Below the pieces are notes generated by a model. That model was not told where the DNA came from. It saw only the letters and a program-made list of their open reading frames with translations, and did not search any database. The translations under genes were made by a program, and so were the position numbers. From an uncultured Acidobacteriota bacterium (GTDB lineage: Bacteria > Acidobacteriota > Polarisedimenticolia > J045), in assembly GCA_963702425.1 (NCBI GenBank), contig CAVPCQ010000011.1, forward strand, positions 128,001 through 192,000: DNA of 64,000 bases, in the 5' to 3' direction. Positions within the stretch are counted from its first letter, which is position 1. Each line of letters begins with the position of its first letter. Below, piece after piece: positions 41,876-54,967 of this stretch.

Positions 41876-41877
41876 CG

Positions 41878-42891
41878 TCAGCTCCCCGCGCCGAAGATCT
41901 GGTCGAAGGTGCCGCCGTCGGCGAAGTGCAGCGCCTGGGCCTTCTCCCAGCCGCCGAAGACCTCGTCAATCGTGATCAGCGTGACCTTCGGGAAGGTGGC
42001 TGCGAACTTGCCTGCGACGGCCTCGTTCCGCGGGCGGTAGTAGTGCCGGGCGGCGATCTCCTGCCCCTCGGGTGTGTAGAGGAATCCCAGGTAGGCCTGC
42101 GCCAGGGCCTTGGTGCCCCGCTTCGCCACGACCTTGTCGACGACCGCGACGGAAGGCTCGGCCAGGATGCTGACCGACGGCACGACGATCTCGAACTCCC
42201 CCGGCTTGAGGTCCTTGACGACCAGGAGAGCCTCGTTCTCCCAGGCCAGCAGCACGTCGCCGATCCCGCGCTCGACGAAGGTCACGGTCGATCCGCGGGC
42301 CCCGGTGTCGAGGATCGGCACGTTCTTGAAGATCCCGCGCAGCAGCTCCTTCGCGGTGGCCTCGCTCCCGCCCGGCTGCCGCAGCGCCCAGGCCCACGCC
42401 GCGAGGTAGTTCCAGCGCGCGCCCCCCGAGGTCTTCGGGTTGGGGGTGATCACCGAGACGCCGGGCCGGGCCAGGTCGTTCCAGTCCTTGATCTTCTTCG
42501 GGTTCCCCTTGCGGACCAGCAGGACGATCGTCGAGGTGTAGGGCGCGCTGTTGTCGGGGAGGCGCTTCTGCCAGTCGCGCGCGATCAGGCCGGCCTTGGC
42601 GATCGCGTCGACGTCATAGGCCAGGGCCAGCGTGACCACGTCGGCCTCGAGCCCGTCGATGACCGAGCGGGCCTGCTTGCCGGAGCCGCCGTGGGACTGC
42701 CGGATCGACAGCTCCTCGCCGGACTTCTCCTTCCACTGTTTCGCAAACACCGCGTTGATGTCCTGGTACAGCTCGCGGGTCGGGTCGTAGGAGACGTTGA
42801 GCAGGGTCTTCTCGGCCGCGAGCGTCGGGGCCGAGACGAAGACGGCGGCGGCGAGTGCGGCGGCCAGCCGGAGCAGGTGACGAACGGGCAT
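41878..42891 (-). CDS. sbp: Sulfate-binding periplasmic protein
   Basis: [39 protein letters not shown]. Confidence 0.96.
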   Translation of the reverse strand: MPVRHLLRLAAALAAAVFVSAPTLAAEKTLLNVSYDPTRELYQDINAVFAKQWKEKSGEELSIRQSHGGSGKQARSVIDGLEADVVTLALAYDVDAIAKAGLIARDWQKRLPDNSAPYTSTIVLLVRKGNPKKIKDWNDLARPGVSVITPNPKTSGGARWNYLAAWAWALRQPGGSEATAKELLRGIFKNVPILDTGARGSTVTFVERGIGDVLLAWENEALLVVKDLKPGEFEIVVPSVSILAEPSVAVVDKVVAKRGTKALAQAYLGFLYTPEGQEIAARHYYRPRNEAVAGKFAATFPKVTLITIDEVFGGWEKAQALHFADGGTFDQIFGAGS

Positions 42892-42922
42892 GCGGAGGCT
42901 CCTTCTCTCGTGTCGTGGCGCG

Positions 42923-44320
42923 CTAGAACGAGACCTGGAAGCGGGTCAGGTAGACCAGCTCGCGGGCGCGGTCGCCGCCCTCGGGGGCGCCGCCCCGGAA
43001 CGTCGTCCGGCAGGCGTCGACCATCCAGCGGAAATTGCGGCTCAGGTACCAGTTGACGCCGGCGCCCCACTCGGACGCTTCCTGCGCCGAAACGTCGGGG
43101 TTGGCGAAGATCGGGAACGCATCGGGGTCCACGCTCAGCACGCCGTACCGGAAGACGAGCTCGACGGCGCCCCACTGCTTCGACTTGAAGTCGATCGGCT
43201 TCTTCGGCGAAACCCCCTTCCACGACTCGACGTCGTCGGTCAGCAGGACCGCTCCCGTCGCCTCCCAGGCCGTGTTCTTCAGCCGCGCCGTATCGGTGCC
43301 GCGGCGGACCTCGGTCGACGAGGAGACGTACTCCGCTTGCAGCGCAAAACGACCGTACGTCCAGTACCCCTGGGGCGAGAAGCGGCGCCGCAGGCCGTCC
43401 GCGACCGTCGCCGCCGGGAGCGTCGTGCCGATCCGGTAGGTGAAGAACGGGACCTGGCCCGCCGAGCGGTAGGGGGCGACGCCGGGTGCGGCGAGGCTGC
43501 CGTAGGTGTTGCCGTAGGTCCCGGCCACCGCGAAGAAGAGCCCCTGCAGCCCGTACAGCGAGCTCTTCTTGAACGGCTGGACCGAGAGCCGGGCCGCGAA
43601 GTCCTTGTAGTCGTTCGTGTCGCCGTCGGTGCTGCCGCCGTCCGGGACGCCGTCGAACACGCCGACCTCGTACCCGAACACGCCGTCCGCGACGTCCCCG
43701 TGCAGCGTGATCCCGATGTCGCGGTTGGGGACGAGGTTGTTCGGCAGGGCGCGCTCGACGAACCAGAGGTCGTTGGCCGACTGCAGCCGCTCGAGCCCGA
43801 AGGGGACCTTGTACTTCCCGATCCGGATCCTGAACTCCGGCGCCAGCCTGACGTCGACGTAGGCGTCCTGGATCACCGTCCTCCCTTCGCCGAAGTCGGG
43901 CATCAGCTTGTAGTCGAAGTACTTCGCCACGGTGCCTTCCAGCGTGAGGCGGGCGCGCCTCAGGAAGAAGGTGTCGTTGTTGTCGATCAGCACCGCGGGC
44001 GCCTCGTCGAAGAAGCGGCCGTCGATGTGGATGTAGCCCTTGATCTTCAGCACGTAGGCCCCGTCAGCCGAGCGCGCCGCGAAGCCGTCCTTCCCGATCG
44101 TGACCTTGGCGGCTTCCTTCTCCTTGGCCGCCGCGGCCTCCTTGTCGAGCTCGTCCTTGCGCTCGAGGATCTTCAGCCGCTGCTCCAGCTCCTCGATCTT
44201 CTGGGCGTCGGTCTGCGGCGCCGCGGGAGCCGAGTCCTGGGCGAGCGCCGCGGGAAGGGCGGCCGCGAGGACGGCGGCGAGCAGCGCGGTGAAGCGGGTC
44301 GTCAGGCGTGCGGGTGTCAT
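42923..44320 (-). CDS. OprO/OprP-like anion-selective porin
   Basis: Signal peptide, coiled coil, [29 protein letters not shown]-terminal RFQVSF. Confidence 0.88.
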   Translation of the reverse strand: MTPARLTTRFTALLAAVLAAALPAALAQDSAPAAPQTDAQKIEELEQRLKILERKDELDKEAAAAKEKEAAKVTIGKDGFAARSADGAYVLKIKGYIHIDGRFFDEAPAVLIDNNDTFFLRRARLTLEGTVAKYFDYKLMPDFGEGRTVIQDAYVDVRLAPEFRIRIGKYKVPFGLERLQSANDLWFVERALPNNLVPNRDIGITLHGDVADGVFGYEVGVFDGVPDGGSTDGDTNDYKDFAARLSVQPFKKSSLYGLQGLFFAVAGTYGNTYGSLAAPGVAPYRSAGQVPFFTYRIGTTLPAATVADGLRRRFSPQGYWTYGRFALQAEYVSSSTEVRRGTDTARLKNTAWEATGAVLLTDDVESWKGVSPKKPIDFKSKQWGAVELVFRYGVLSVDPDAFPIFANPDVSAQEASEWGAGVNWYLSRNFRWMVDACRTTFRGGAPEGGDRARELVYLTRFQVSF

Positions 44321-44330
44321 GCCACTCTCC

Positions 44331-46208
<1,878 letters not shown>

Positions 46209-46362
46209 GGCGCAATACCGTCCTTCGTGGCCGGAGTGGCTGGCCGGCCTTCAATCTCCCCGGTTGGCGGTGATCGCGGTGGGAGAATGCGGGTGACAAT
46301 CCGGTGCAGGACCCTCCCCGGGGCCTCCGGGACACCCCGGGCGAAGTCGCGATAAACTCGGG

Positions 46363-46379
46363 TCCGACATTCAGTTGGA
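46363..46379. promoter_or_regulatory. Candidate Rrf2/IscR-type operator
   Basis: Imperfect inverted repeat TCCGAC-attca-GTTGGA overlapping the nifU RBS. Confidence 0.35.
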
Positions 46380-46387
46380 GCGGCGCG

Positions 46388-47369
46388 ATGGCCTGGGAAT
46401 ACAGCGAGAAGACCAAGCGGATCTTCATGGACGCGGTGCAGGGGAAGCCCGGCACCCATCTCGGCGAGATCGAGAACCCGGACGGCTTCGGCGAGCACGG
46501 GTCGATCGCCTGCGGCGACGCGCTGCGTTTCACCTTCCGCGTCGAGCGCCACCCGGACGATCCGCTCCAGGACCGGATCGTCGAGGCGCGCTACCTGACC
46601 TTCGGCTGCACCTCGGCGATCGCGGCCTCGGAAGCGCTCTGCACCCTGATCGAGGGGGGCGGCTACTCGCCGGTCGGCGCGCTCAAGATCACGAACCACG
46701 ACATCGTCGAGTTCCTCGAGGGGTTGCCGGAGCAGAAGATCCACTGCTCGGTGATGGGAGCCGAGGCGCTCGAGGCCGCCGTCTTCAACTGGGCCCAGAA
46801 GCGGGGCGTCGACCTCGAGGCGCTGGGGGTCGACCTGCACGCCGAGGACAAGGAGGAGGGGCGGATCGTCTGCCAGTGCTTCACGCTCTCCGAGCCCTAC
46901 ATCAAGCGCAAGATCAAGGAGCTGGGGCTGAAGACGATCGCGGAGATCACCGGCGCGATCAAGGCGGGCGGGGCCTGCACCTCGTGCCACCACAAGCCGG
47001 GCGGGCCTGCAGGACCTGCTCGACGACGCCTGGGGCCGGAAGGGGACCAGTTTCGTGTCGCTGCCGGAGTTCCCCGCCCCGCGCGAGCGGGCCGCGGCCG
47101 AGGCCGTGGCGGCGGCGACCGGACGGTCGGCCCTCTCGCCGTTCCAGTTCGCCAGGCAGGTCGAGCGGTCGCTCGACGAGTACGTCCGCCCGCTGCTCAA
47201 GCGCGACGGCGGCGACCTCGAGCTGGTCGACGTCAAGGACACCAGCGTCTTCGTGCAGCTGAAGGGGGCCTGCGCCGGCTGCCCGAACTCGACGCAGACG
47301 ATGAAGCTGATGATCGAGCGGACGCTCAAGGAGATGGTCGACGAGCGGATCCGCGTCGTAGCGGTCTGA
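46388..47369 (+). CDS. nifU: Fe-S cluster scaffold NifU (IscU + BFD + Nfu domains); frameshift near 47005
   Basis: GSIACGD, TFGC, KIHCSVM; IVCQCF...GGACTSC; DGGD...GACAGC. Confidence 0.93.
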
Positions 47370-47382
47370 GAACGGAGCGGCG

Positions 47383-48597
47383 GTGCTGACCTACCTCGAC
47401 AACAACGCCACGACGCCCGTCGCCCCCGAGGCGCTGGAGGCGATGCGGCCGTTCCTCGAGCACGAGTTCTACAACCCCAGCTCGGCCTACGAGAGCGCGC
47501 GCGGCGCGTCCGATGCGGTCCGGACCGCGCGGCGGACCATCGCGGAGGCGCTGGGCGGGGTCGCGCCGGACGAGGTCCTGTTCACCTCGTGCGCGACCGA
47601 GAGCCTCAACGCGGCGCTCTTCGGCGCCGTCCGCGCCAACCCGGCGCGGCGGCACGTCGTGACCAGCGCGGTCGAGCACCCGGCGGTGCTGGAGGTCTGC
47701 AAGGACCTGGCGCGCGACGGCCTCGAGGTCGATGTCCTGCCGGTCGACCGCGCCGGCCGGCTCGACCCGCGCGCGCTGGTCCGCGCCGTCCGCCCCGACA
47801 CGCTGATCGTCGCGCTGATGCACGCCAACAACGAGACCGGGGTCGTCTTCCCGGTCGCGGAGCTGGCGCGGCTGACCAAGGAGATCGACCCGTCGGTGCT
47901 GTTCCTGACCGACGCGACCCAGACGATGGGCAAGCTCCCGCTCGACCTGGCGGGCGAGCTGGCAGCGGTCGACCTGCTGGCCTTCTCCGGCCACAAGCTC
48001 CACGCGCCGAAGGGGGTCGGCGCGCTGTTCGTGCGGCGCGGCACCCGCATCCGGCCGTTCATGGTCGGCGGGCACCAGGAGTCGGGGCGCCGGGGCGGGA
48101 CGGAGAACGTGGCCTCGATCGTCGCGCTCGGGGCAGCCGTCGCGCTGGCGCGCGCGACCCACGACGACGACGAGCGGCGGATCCGTCGGCTGCGCGACCG
48201 GCTCGAGGAGGGGCTCCTCGCGCAGCTCCCCTGCGTCGAGGTCAACGGCGCCGGCGCCGAGCGCCTCCCCAACACGCTCAACCTCTCGGTCCACTTCATC
48301 GAGGGCGAGGGGATGCTGTTCGAGCTCAACCGGCACGGCATCTGCGCTTCGTCGGGCTCGGCCTGCACCTCGGGCTCGCTCGAGCCCTCGCACGTGCTGC
48401 GCGCGATGCAGGTCCCCTTCACCGCGGTCCACGGCTCGGTCCGCTTCTCCTTCAGCCGCTACAACACCGACGCCGACGTCGACCGCGTCCAGGAGGTCTT
48501 CCCCGAGATCGTCCGCGGCCTGCGCCGGCTCTCCCCCTACTGGGACCCCGCGCACGATCGGCCCCGCCCGGAGGCGGAGCCGATGATGCGGGGCTGA
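47383..48597 (+). CDS. nifS: Cysteine desulfurase NifS
   Basis: YLDNNATT, ANNETG, SGHKLH, SSGSACTSGSLEPSHVL. Confidence 0.95.
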   Translation: MLTYLDNNATTPVAPEALEAMRPFLEHEFYNPSSAYESARGASDAVRTARRTIAEALGGVAPDEVLFTSCATESLNAALFGAVRANPARRHVVTSAVEHPAVLEVCKDLARDGLEVDVLPVDRAGRLDPRALVRAVRPDTLIVALMHANNETGVVFPVAELARLTKEIDPSVLFLTDATQTMGKLPLDLAGELAAVDLLAFSGHKLHAPKGVGALFVRRGTRIRPFMVGGHQESGRRGGTENVASIVALGAAVALARATHDDDERRIRRLRDRLEEGLLAQLPCVEVNGAGAERLPNTLNLSVHFIEGEGMLFELNRHGICASSGSACTSGSLEPSHVLRAMQVPFTAVHGSVRFSFSRYNTDADVDRVQEVFPEIVRGLRRLSPYWDPAHDRPRPEAEPMMRG

Positions 48598-48616
48598 GGC
48601 GGGCGCACCGGGTACA

Positions 48617-48847
48617 ATGTCCGTGATGACCCAGCAAGCGCGTCAACAGGCCGCAGACCGGCTGCGACTCGCGATCGACATGGCCGCGACGGGCGAGGCG
48701 CTGATGCGGGCGACGCTGCGCCGCCGCCATCCGGAAGCCAGCGCCGGCACCATCGAGCAGATGATCGTCGCCTGGTACCGGCAGCGTCCCGGCGCCGAGC
48801 TCGGCGACGCCGAGGGCCGCCCCGTCCCCTGGCCGCGGTCACGATGA
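48617..48847 (+). CDS. Small hypothetical protein, putative antitoxin (start may be 48626)
   Basis: Helical ~73-76 aa protein with LRRRHPEAS...W, coupled (ATGA) to a nucleotidyltransferase gene. Confidence 0.6.
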   Translation: MSVMTQQARQQAADRLRLAIDMAATGEALMRATLRRRHPEASAGTIEQMIVAWYRQRPGAELGDAEGRPVPWPRSR

Positions 48848-49443
48848 ACCGGCTCGAAACGACCCTCCGCTCGATCTCGGCCGACCTCTCCGGGAGCCAC
48901 ACCCGATGGGCGCTGGTCGGCGGCCTCGCCGTCTCGGCCCGGTGCGAGCCGCGCTTCACCCGTGACGTCGACCTGGCCGTCGCGGCGGCCGACGATCGGG
49001 AGGCGGAGCAACTCGTCACCGCTCTCGTGCGGCACGGCTACTCGGTCGTGGCGTCGCTGGAACAGACGGCGGCGGGACGGCTGGCCTCGGTCCGGCTCGC
49101 CCCGCCGGGCGAGGCGGTGGCCGGCGTGGTTGTCGATCTGTTGTTCGCCTCCTCCGGCATCGAGCCCGAGATCGTCGCGTTCGCCGACCGGCTCGAGATC
49201 TTCCCCGGGCTCGCGCTGCCCGTCGCTGCGATCGGGGACCTGATCGCGCTGAAGCTGCTCGCCCGCGATGACATCCGACGCCCGCAGGATGGCGCGGACC
49301 TGGTCTCGCTGATCGCCGTCGCGTCGAACGCCGATCTCGCGCGCGCCGCGGATGCGGTCGCTCTCATCGTCGCGCGGGGGTACCAGCGCGACCGCGACCT
49401 CGCGACCGACCTGCGCCGGCTGCTCGGCCACGGTCGAACGTAA
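48844..49443 (+). CDS. Nucleotidyltransferase, AbiEii-like toxin family
   Basis: ALVGGLAV...[16 protein letters not shown]...RPQDGADL. Confidence 0.8.
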   Translation: MNRLETTLRSISADLSGSHTRWALVGGLAVSARCEPRFTRDVDLAVAAADDREAEQLVTALVRHGYSVVASLEQTAAGRLASVRLAPPGEAVAGVVVDLLFASSGIEPEIVAFADRLEIFPGLALPVAAIGDLIALKLLARDDIRRPQDGADLVSLIAVASNADLARAADAVALIVARGYQRDRDLATDLRRLLGHGRT

Positions 49444-49589
49444 CTTCGCAGCTCGCCGCGAGCTCCCCCTGCCGGGACCCCGCGCACCGGCGGTCCCGGT
49501 CGCGGTGGAAGAGCCGGGGGTGCTTGAAGGACAATCCCGGCCACGCTCGGCAGCCGGCCGGCCGGCCCGCGCTCCCCACCGAGGACCCC

Positions 49590-51606
49590 ATGCCCTGGAC
49601 CCCCGACGCCACCGACCTGCTCGCCGTCAACACGATCCGCACGCTCGCCGTCGACATGGTCGAGAAGGCGAACTCGGGCCACCCCGGCCTTCCGCTCGGC
49701 GCCGCGCCGATGGCCTACGTCCTCTGGCAGCGGCACCTCCGGGTCAACCCGGCCGACCCGAAGTGGCCCGACCGCGACCGCTTCGTGCTGTCGGCGGGCC
49801 ACGGCTCGGCGTTGCTCTACGCGCTCCTGCACCTCGCCGGCTACGACCTGCCGCTGGACGAGCTGAAGGCCTTCCGGCAGTGGGGCTCGAGGACCCCGGG
49901 CCACCCCGAGTTCGGCCACACGGTGGGCGTCGAGGCGACGACCGGACCGCTCGGGCAGGGCTCGGCGGTCGCGGTCGGGATGGCGATCGCGGAACGGATG
50001 CTCGCCGCGCGGCTCAACGCTCCCGGGCTGCCCGGGATCGTCGACCACCGCACCTTCGCGCTGGTCTCCGACGGCGACCTGATGGAGGGGATCTCGTCCG
50101 AGGCCGGCTCGCTCGCCGGTCACCTCGGGCTGGGGAAGCTGGTCTATCTCTACGACGCCAACTCGGTCTCCCTCGACGGGCCGACGTCGGTGACCTTCAC
50201 CGAGGAAGTCGGGCGGCGCTACGCCGCCTACGGCTGGCACGTGGCCGAGGTCAAGCACGGCGACACCGACCTGGCGGCGATCGACGCCGCGATCGAGGCC
50301 GCGCTGGCCGTGACGGACCGGCCGTCGCTGATCGTCGTGCGGACGACCATCGGGTACGGCTCGCCCGCCAAGGCCGGCAAGGCGGAAGCCCACGGCTCCC
50401 CGCTCGGCGCGAAGGAAGTGGCGGCGACGAAGCAGGCGCTCGGCTGGCAGTACGCGGAGCCGTTCACGGTGCCGGACGCGGCCCGGGAGCGCTTCGGCGC
50501 GATCGGCCGGCGCGGGCTGGCCGCCCAGCAGGACTGGATGCGCCGGCTCGGCGAGCTGCAGGCGCAGGACCCGGAACGCGCGGAGCAGGCGCGCTCGACG
50601 CTCGCGGGGCAACTGCCGGAGGGTTGGGATGCGACGCTCCCCTCCTGGAAGCCGGGCGACGCGCTGGCCACGCGCGACGCGTCGGGAATCGTGCTGAACG
50701 CGATCGCCGAGCACCTCCCGGCCCTGGTCGGCGGCGACGCCGACCTCTCCGGCTCCACCAAGACGCGGATCAAGGGGAGCGACGATTTCCAGGCCGCGAC
50801 GCCGGCCGGACGCAACATCCGCTTCGGCGTCCGCGAGCACGCGATGGGGGCGATCGCCAACGGCCTCGCCTATCACCGCGGCCTGCGCCCCTTCGTCGGG
50901 ACCTTCCTCGCCTTCGCCGACTACATGCGCAGCCCGATCCGCCTCGCGGCGCTGGACCGGCTGCACACGATCTACGTCTTCACGCACGACTCGCTGGCGG
51001 TCGGCGAGGACGGCCCGACGCACCAGCCGGTCGAGCAGGTCGCCTCGCTGCGCGCGATCCCGGGACTGGTCGTGCTGCGGCCGGCCGACGCCAACGAGAC
51101 CGCCGCCGCGTGGCGCTGGGCGGTGGGCCGCGCGTCGGGGCCGGTGGCGCTGATCCTGACGCCGCCAGAAACTGCCGGTGCTGCCCGGCACGCAGCGGAT
51201 GGCGGACGAGGGGGTCGCGCGCGGGGCATACGTGCTGGCGGAGACCGAGGGGGGCGTTCCGCAGGCGCTCCTGCTGGCTTCGGGCTCCGAGGTCCAGCTG
51301 GCGCTCGCGGCGCGGGAGATGCTGGCGACGGCCGGGATCCGCGCGCGCGTGATCTCGGTGCCGAGCATGGAGAACTTCGAAGCGCAGGACGAGGCGTACC
51401 GGCACGCCGTGCTGCCGCCGGAGGTGCGGGTCCGGGTCGCGATCGAAGCCGGAATCACGATGCCCTGGTACCGGTACCTCGGTGACAGCGGCCGCGCGCT
51501 GGGCGTCGACGGCTTCGGCCACTCCGCCCCAGGTGAGCAGGTGCTCGAGCGCTACGGCTTCACCCCGGGGGCCGTCGCCGAGGCGGTGACGGCGCTGCTG
51601 CGGTGA
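49590..51606 (+). CDS. tkt: Transketolase (frameshift near 51165)
   Basis: [50 protein letters not shown]. Confidence 0.96.
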
Positions 51607-51614
51607 CGGCGCTG

Positions 51615-52079
51615 TCAGCTTGACCCCGTCCGGACCAGGCGGTCGCCGACGAACATCATTCCGGGGGTGCGCGCGGCGACCTCGCGCAGGAATCCGGCCT
51701 GGTCGCGGGGCGAGATCATCGCCGCGCCGAAGCCACCCTTCCGGCTCCGGAATCGGATCAGCAGCCGGTCGAGCGACAGCGCCGGCGCGGAGAGGATGCT
51801 GCGCGTCGGTCGGATCTCCTCGATCCCGTCGAGCGGGACCTTCCAGCGAAAGAGCCCGCTCCGGATCACCAGCTCCTGCTCGGTGAGCTCGTAGTAGAGC
51901 GGGAAGCTCGCGGCCAGGATCAGCGTGAAGGTGATCACCGAGATCGTGATCAGGTAGCTTCCCGCCCTGGCGTCGGTCCAGACGATGAGCAGGCCGGCGA
52001 TCAGCGGAAGGATGGCCGAGCCCCAGATCAGGGACACGAGCCAGGCGTCCTTTTTCGACGTGAAGACCCGCGTCATCAT
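51615..52079 (-). CDS. Bacterial PH-domain membrane protein
   Basis: FTSKKDAW, two TM helices, LVIRSG, SAPALSLDRL, ISP. Confidence 0.8.
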   Translation of the reverse strand: MMTRVFTSKKDAWLVSLIWGSAILPLIAGLLIVWTDARAGSYLITISVITFTLILAASFPLYYELTEQELVIRSGLFRWKVPLDGIEEIRPTRSILSAPALSLDRLLIRFRSRKGGFGAAMISPRDQAGFLREVAARTPGMMFVGDRLVRTGSS

Positions 52080-52103
52080 CGCCGTCGCCCCCGGGCGCGG
52101 ACC

Positions 52104-52129
52104 GTAGGGGCCGGCCTCCGTGCCGGCCC
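52104..52129 (+). repeat. GTAG-family REP element
   Basis: GTAGGGGCCGGCCTCCGTGCCGGCCC. Confidence 0.85.
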
Positions 52130-52140
52130 GCATCAGCGCG

Positions 52141-53715
52141 TCACGCCAGCTGCCAGACCGTGTCCAGCACCGTCCCATCGACCCACTTCACGACCGCGAC
52201 CGGGCGGTCGGTGAACCGGGCCGTACGCGGCTTGCCGCCGCACAGCCGCACGACCTCCGCCGCGATCTCCTCGATCGGCCGGATCGGCAGCCCCTTCCCC
52301 TGCACCGCCTCGAGCAGGTCGGTGCGGCGCGGGTTGACCGCGATCCCGCGCTCGGTGACCACGACGTCGATCAGTTCCCCCGGCCCGACCAGCGTCGTGA
52401 CCTCGTCCACCAGCACCGGGATCCGGTCGCGGAACGAGGGGACCGCGAGGATCGTGCACCCCGCATGCAGGCAGTTCTGCCAGCCGCCGATCCCGTGCAG
52501 CAGCCGGCCGTCGGAGTGCGTGACGACGTTGGCGTTGAACGCCAGGTCGACCTCGGTCGCGCCGAGCACCGCAACGTCGACCATCGAGGCGAAGCAGCCC
52601 TTGCCGTGGTCGTTGTACGAAGTGAAGGGGGAGGTCGCGACGTGGCGCGGATCGCTCGCGATCGAGTGGACCGCATCGAGGTCGAAGGTCTGGCCGTCGA
52701 GGATGAACTTCGTCAGCCCCTCGCGCAGCATCTCGACCAGAACCCTGGTCGAGCCGCCGCGGACGAAACCGGCCGTCACGCCGGCCTCGCGCATCATCTG
52801 CGCCAGGACCGGCACGAAGGCCAGCGCCGTCCCGCCGGCCCCGGCCTGGAACGAGAAGCCGTCCCGCATGATCCCGGCTTCCTTGATGAACCGCGCGACG
52901 TACTCGGCGATCAGCAGGCGGTCGGGGCTCTTCGTGAGCTCGGTCGTCCCGGAGACGATCTTCGCCGGGTCGCCGATCGACTCGACCTCCACCACGAAAT
53001 CGACGTTGTTCCCCTGGACCTGCCACGGCACGCACGGGAACGGGACCAGGTTGTCGGTGACGACGATCACCTTGTCGGCGTAGATCGAGTCGGCCAGTGC
53101 GAACCCGATCGAGCCGCAGGCCGACTTGCCGAGCGCGCCGTTGGCGTTGCCGAACGCGTCGGCAGCCGGCGCCGCGATGATCGCGATGTCGATCTTCACC
53201 TCGCCGTCCTGGATCGCCTGCCAGCGCCCGCCGTGCGAGCGGAGCACTCCCAGCCCGCGCATTTCGCCCCGCGAGACGAACTCGCCGATCGGGCCGTTCA
53301 TGCTGCCTTCGATGTGGTGCACCGTCCCGCGGCGCATCATGTCGATCACCGGCTCGTGGCACGGGAACGAGGCCGACGGGAACCACATCAGGTCGCGGAC
53401 CCCCATCTCCTCCGCGATCCGGAGCGCTTCCAGCGCGACGCGGTCGCCGTTGCGCAGGTGGTGGTGGGACGAGACGACCATCCCGTCCTTCAGCCCGCAG
53501 CGCTCGAGCGCCTCGCGCAGCGACCCGACGCGCTTGTCGCCGTTGGCCGGGTAGTCGGCGCTGCGTGCGATCCGGGGTCCATACTTGCGGCCGCGAGCGC
53601 GGTGCTGGCCGACCCCCTCGAAGGGCGTCTGGTCGCGGCCGTTGACTTCCGTCGGCACGCGTCGGCCGGCGGCGTTCTGCACGAGCTTGGTGCGCGTCGT
53701 CCGCTGGGCCATCAC
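52141..53715 (-). CDS. citF: Citrate lyase alpha subunit-like CoA/ACP transferase
   Basis: LKDGMVVSSHHHLRNGD, LRSHGGR, FSFQAGAGG, LGATEVD, VVVTERGIAVNPRR. Confidence 0.92.
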   Translation of the reverse strand: MMAQRTTRTKLVQNAAGRRVPTEVNGRDQTPFEGVGQHRARGRKYGPRIARSADYPANGDKRVGSLREALERCGLKDGMVVSSHHHLRNGDRVALEALRIAEEMGVRDLMWFPSASFPCHEPVIDMMRRGTVHHIEGSMNGPIGEFVSRGEMRGLGVLRSHGGRWQAIQDGEVKIDIAIIAAPAADAFGNANGALGKSACGSIGFALADSIYADKVIVVTDNLVPFPCVPWQVQGNNVDFVVEVESIGDPAKIVSGTTELTKSPDRLLIAEYVARFIKEAGIMRDGFSFQAGAGGTALAFVPVLAQMMREAGVTAGFVRGGSTRVLVEMLREGLTKFILDGQTFDLDAVHSIASDPRHVATSPFTSYNDHGKGCFASMVDVAVLGATEVDLAFNANVVTHSDGRLLHGIGGWQNCLHAGCTILAVPSFRDRIPVLVDEVTTLVGPGELIDVVVTERGIAVNPRRTDLLEAVQGKGLPIRPIEEIAAEVVRLCGGKPRTARFTDRPVAVVKWVDGTVLDTVWQLA

Positions 53716-53721
53716 CGCCTC

Positions 53722-54918
53722 CTACGCCTTCGTCCGGCCGACGAGCGCGAGCGCCCGCTTGACCACCGGCGGATCGATCATCTTGGAGCCCAGGCTGACG
53801 ACGCCGAGCCCTCTGGCATGGGCCTCCTCGAACGCGGCGACGATCCGGGCGGCCTTCTCGAGCTCCGCCACGCCCGGTGCAAACCCGTCGTGGATCACCG
53901 GGATCTGCCGCGGGTGGACGCAGCCCATCCCCTCGAACCCCATCGCGCGCGAGCGCAGGGCCCAGGCGCGGAGTCCATCGAGGTCTCCGACGTCGCCGTA
54001 GACCGAGTCGATCGCCTGCACCCCGGCCGCCTTCGCGGCGTTCACCAACCGTTGGCGGGCCCAGAGCGTCTCCGCCCCTTCCGGCGTCTTCACCACGCCC
54101 AGGTCGGCCGTATGGTCTTCGAGGCCGATCGTGAGCGCGGCGACCGAAGCGTGCGCGCGGGCGATCGCGAAGGCGTGCTCGATCCCGAGCGCGGACTCGA
54201 GGATGGGCATCAGCCAGACCGGCGCGCGGCGGCGTGCGCGCCGCGCAACGGTCGCGATCCGGGCCGCCACCTCGCGCACCTGGGCCGCGCTTTCGACCTT
54301 CGGAATCAGCACGAGGTCGACCCCCTCCGGCACGACCGCGTCCAGGTCGGCCAGTCCGAGCGGCAGCTGGTTGATCCGCACCATCCGCTCCGCACCGCCG
54401 AAGTCGATCGTGCGCAGGGCGTTCCGCACGAGCAGCCGCGCCGAGTCCTTCTCCGCCGGGTGCACCGAGTCCTCGAGGTCGAGGATGACCCCGTCCGCGC
54501 CGTAGAGGGCGGCGTTGACCATGAACTTGGGCTCGGCGCCGGGAACGTAGAGACGCGAGCGCCGACGCCGCTCGCGCGCCGTCGGCGCGGGATCCGGGGC
54601 GAGGCGCGGCGGGCGCGCATCTCCCCCGGCGATCCCGGCCCGGCGCGCCGCCGCCTCCAGCCGCGCCGCGATGACGAACGGCAGCGCTCCGGCGTCGTCG
54701 AGTTCGACCCGCGCGTGTCGGACGCCCAGCAACTTCAGTAGCGCGCGGAGTTGCTCCTCGATCGACGCGCCGTAGTACGGTTTGACCTTGGACCGCATGG
54801 TGAGCGCAATACCGCCGGTCCGGCGAAGCTCGACGGTTACGTGACAGTCGGAGCGGACGTCCGGGCCCTGCCGGCCCGCTGATGTCGTTGTCGGCACCTT
54901 CGCCTTTCGAGTCGCCAT
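53722..54918 (-). CDS. citE: Fused citrate lyase ACP (CitD) and beta subunit (CitE)
   Basis: N-terminal AG...RSDC..V...SKVKPYYG...DAGAL...ARLEAA (CitD); RRSRLYVPG, ILDLEDSV, MVRIN, MIDPPV (CitE). Confidence 0.9.
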   Translation of the reverse strand: MATRKAKVPTTTSAGRQGPDVRSDCHVTVELRRTGGIALTMRSKVKPYYGASIEEQLRALLKLLGVRHARVELDDAGALPFVIAARLEAAARRAGIAGGDARPPRLAPDPAPTARERRRRSRLYVPGAEPKFMVNAALYGADGVILDLEDSVHPAEKDSARLLVRNALRTIDFGGAERMVRINQLPLGLADLDAVVPEGVDLVLIPKVESAAQVREVAARIATVARRARRRAPVWLMPILESALGIEHAFAIARAHASVAALTIGLEDHTADLGVVKTPEGAETLWARQRLVNAAKAAGVQAIDSVYGDVGDLDGLRAWALRSRAMGFEGMGCVHPRQIPVIHDGFAPGVAELEKAARIVAAFEEAHARGLGVVSLGSKMIDPPVVKRALALVGRTKA

Positions 54919-54941
54919 GGCCCCTCCTGGTCCACTCGATC

Positions 54942-54967
54942 GGGCCGCCACAGAGGGCGGCCCCTAC
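54942..54967 (-). repeat. GTAG-family REP variant; its TAG is the dehydrogenase stop codon
   Basis: Reverse complement GTAGGGGCCGCCCTCTGTGGCGGCCC. Confidence 0.8.

Noticed and set aside
46388-48597. nifU/nifS as evidence of nitrogen fixation
   Set aside because: No nifHDK in the window; stand-alone NIF-type systems serve general Fe-S assembly in many non-diazotrophs.
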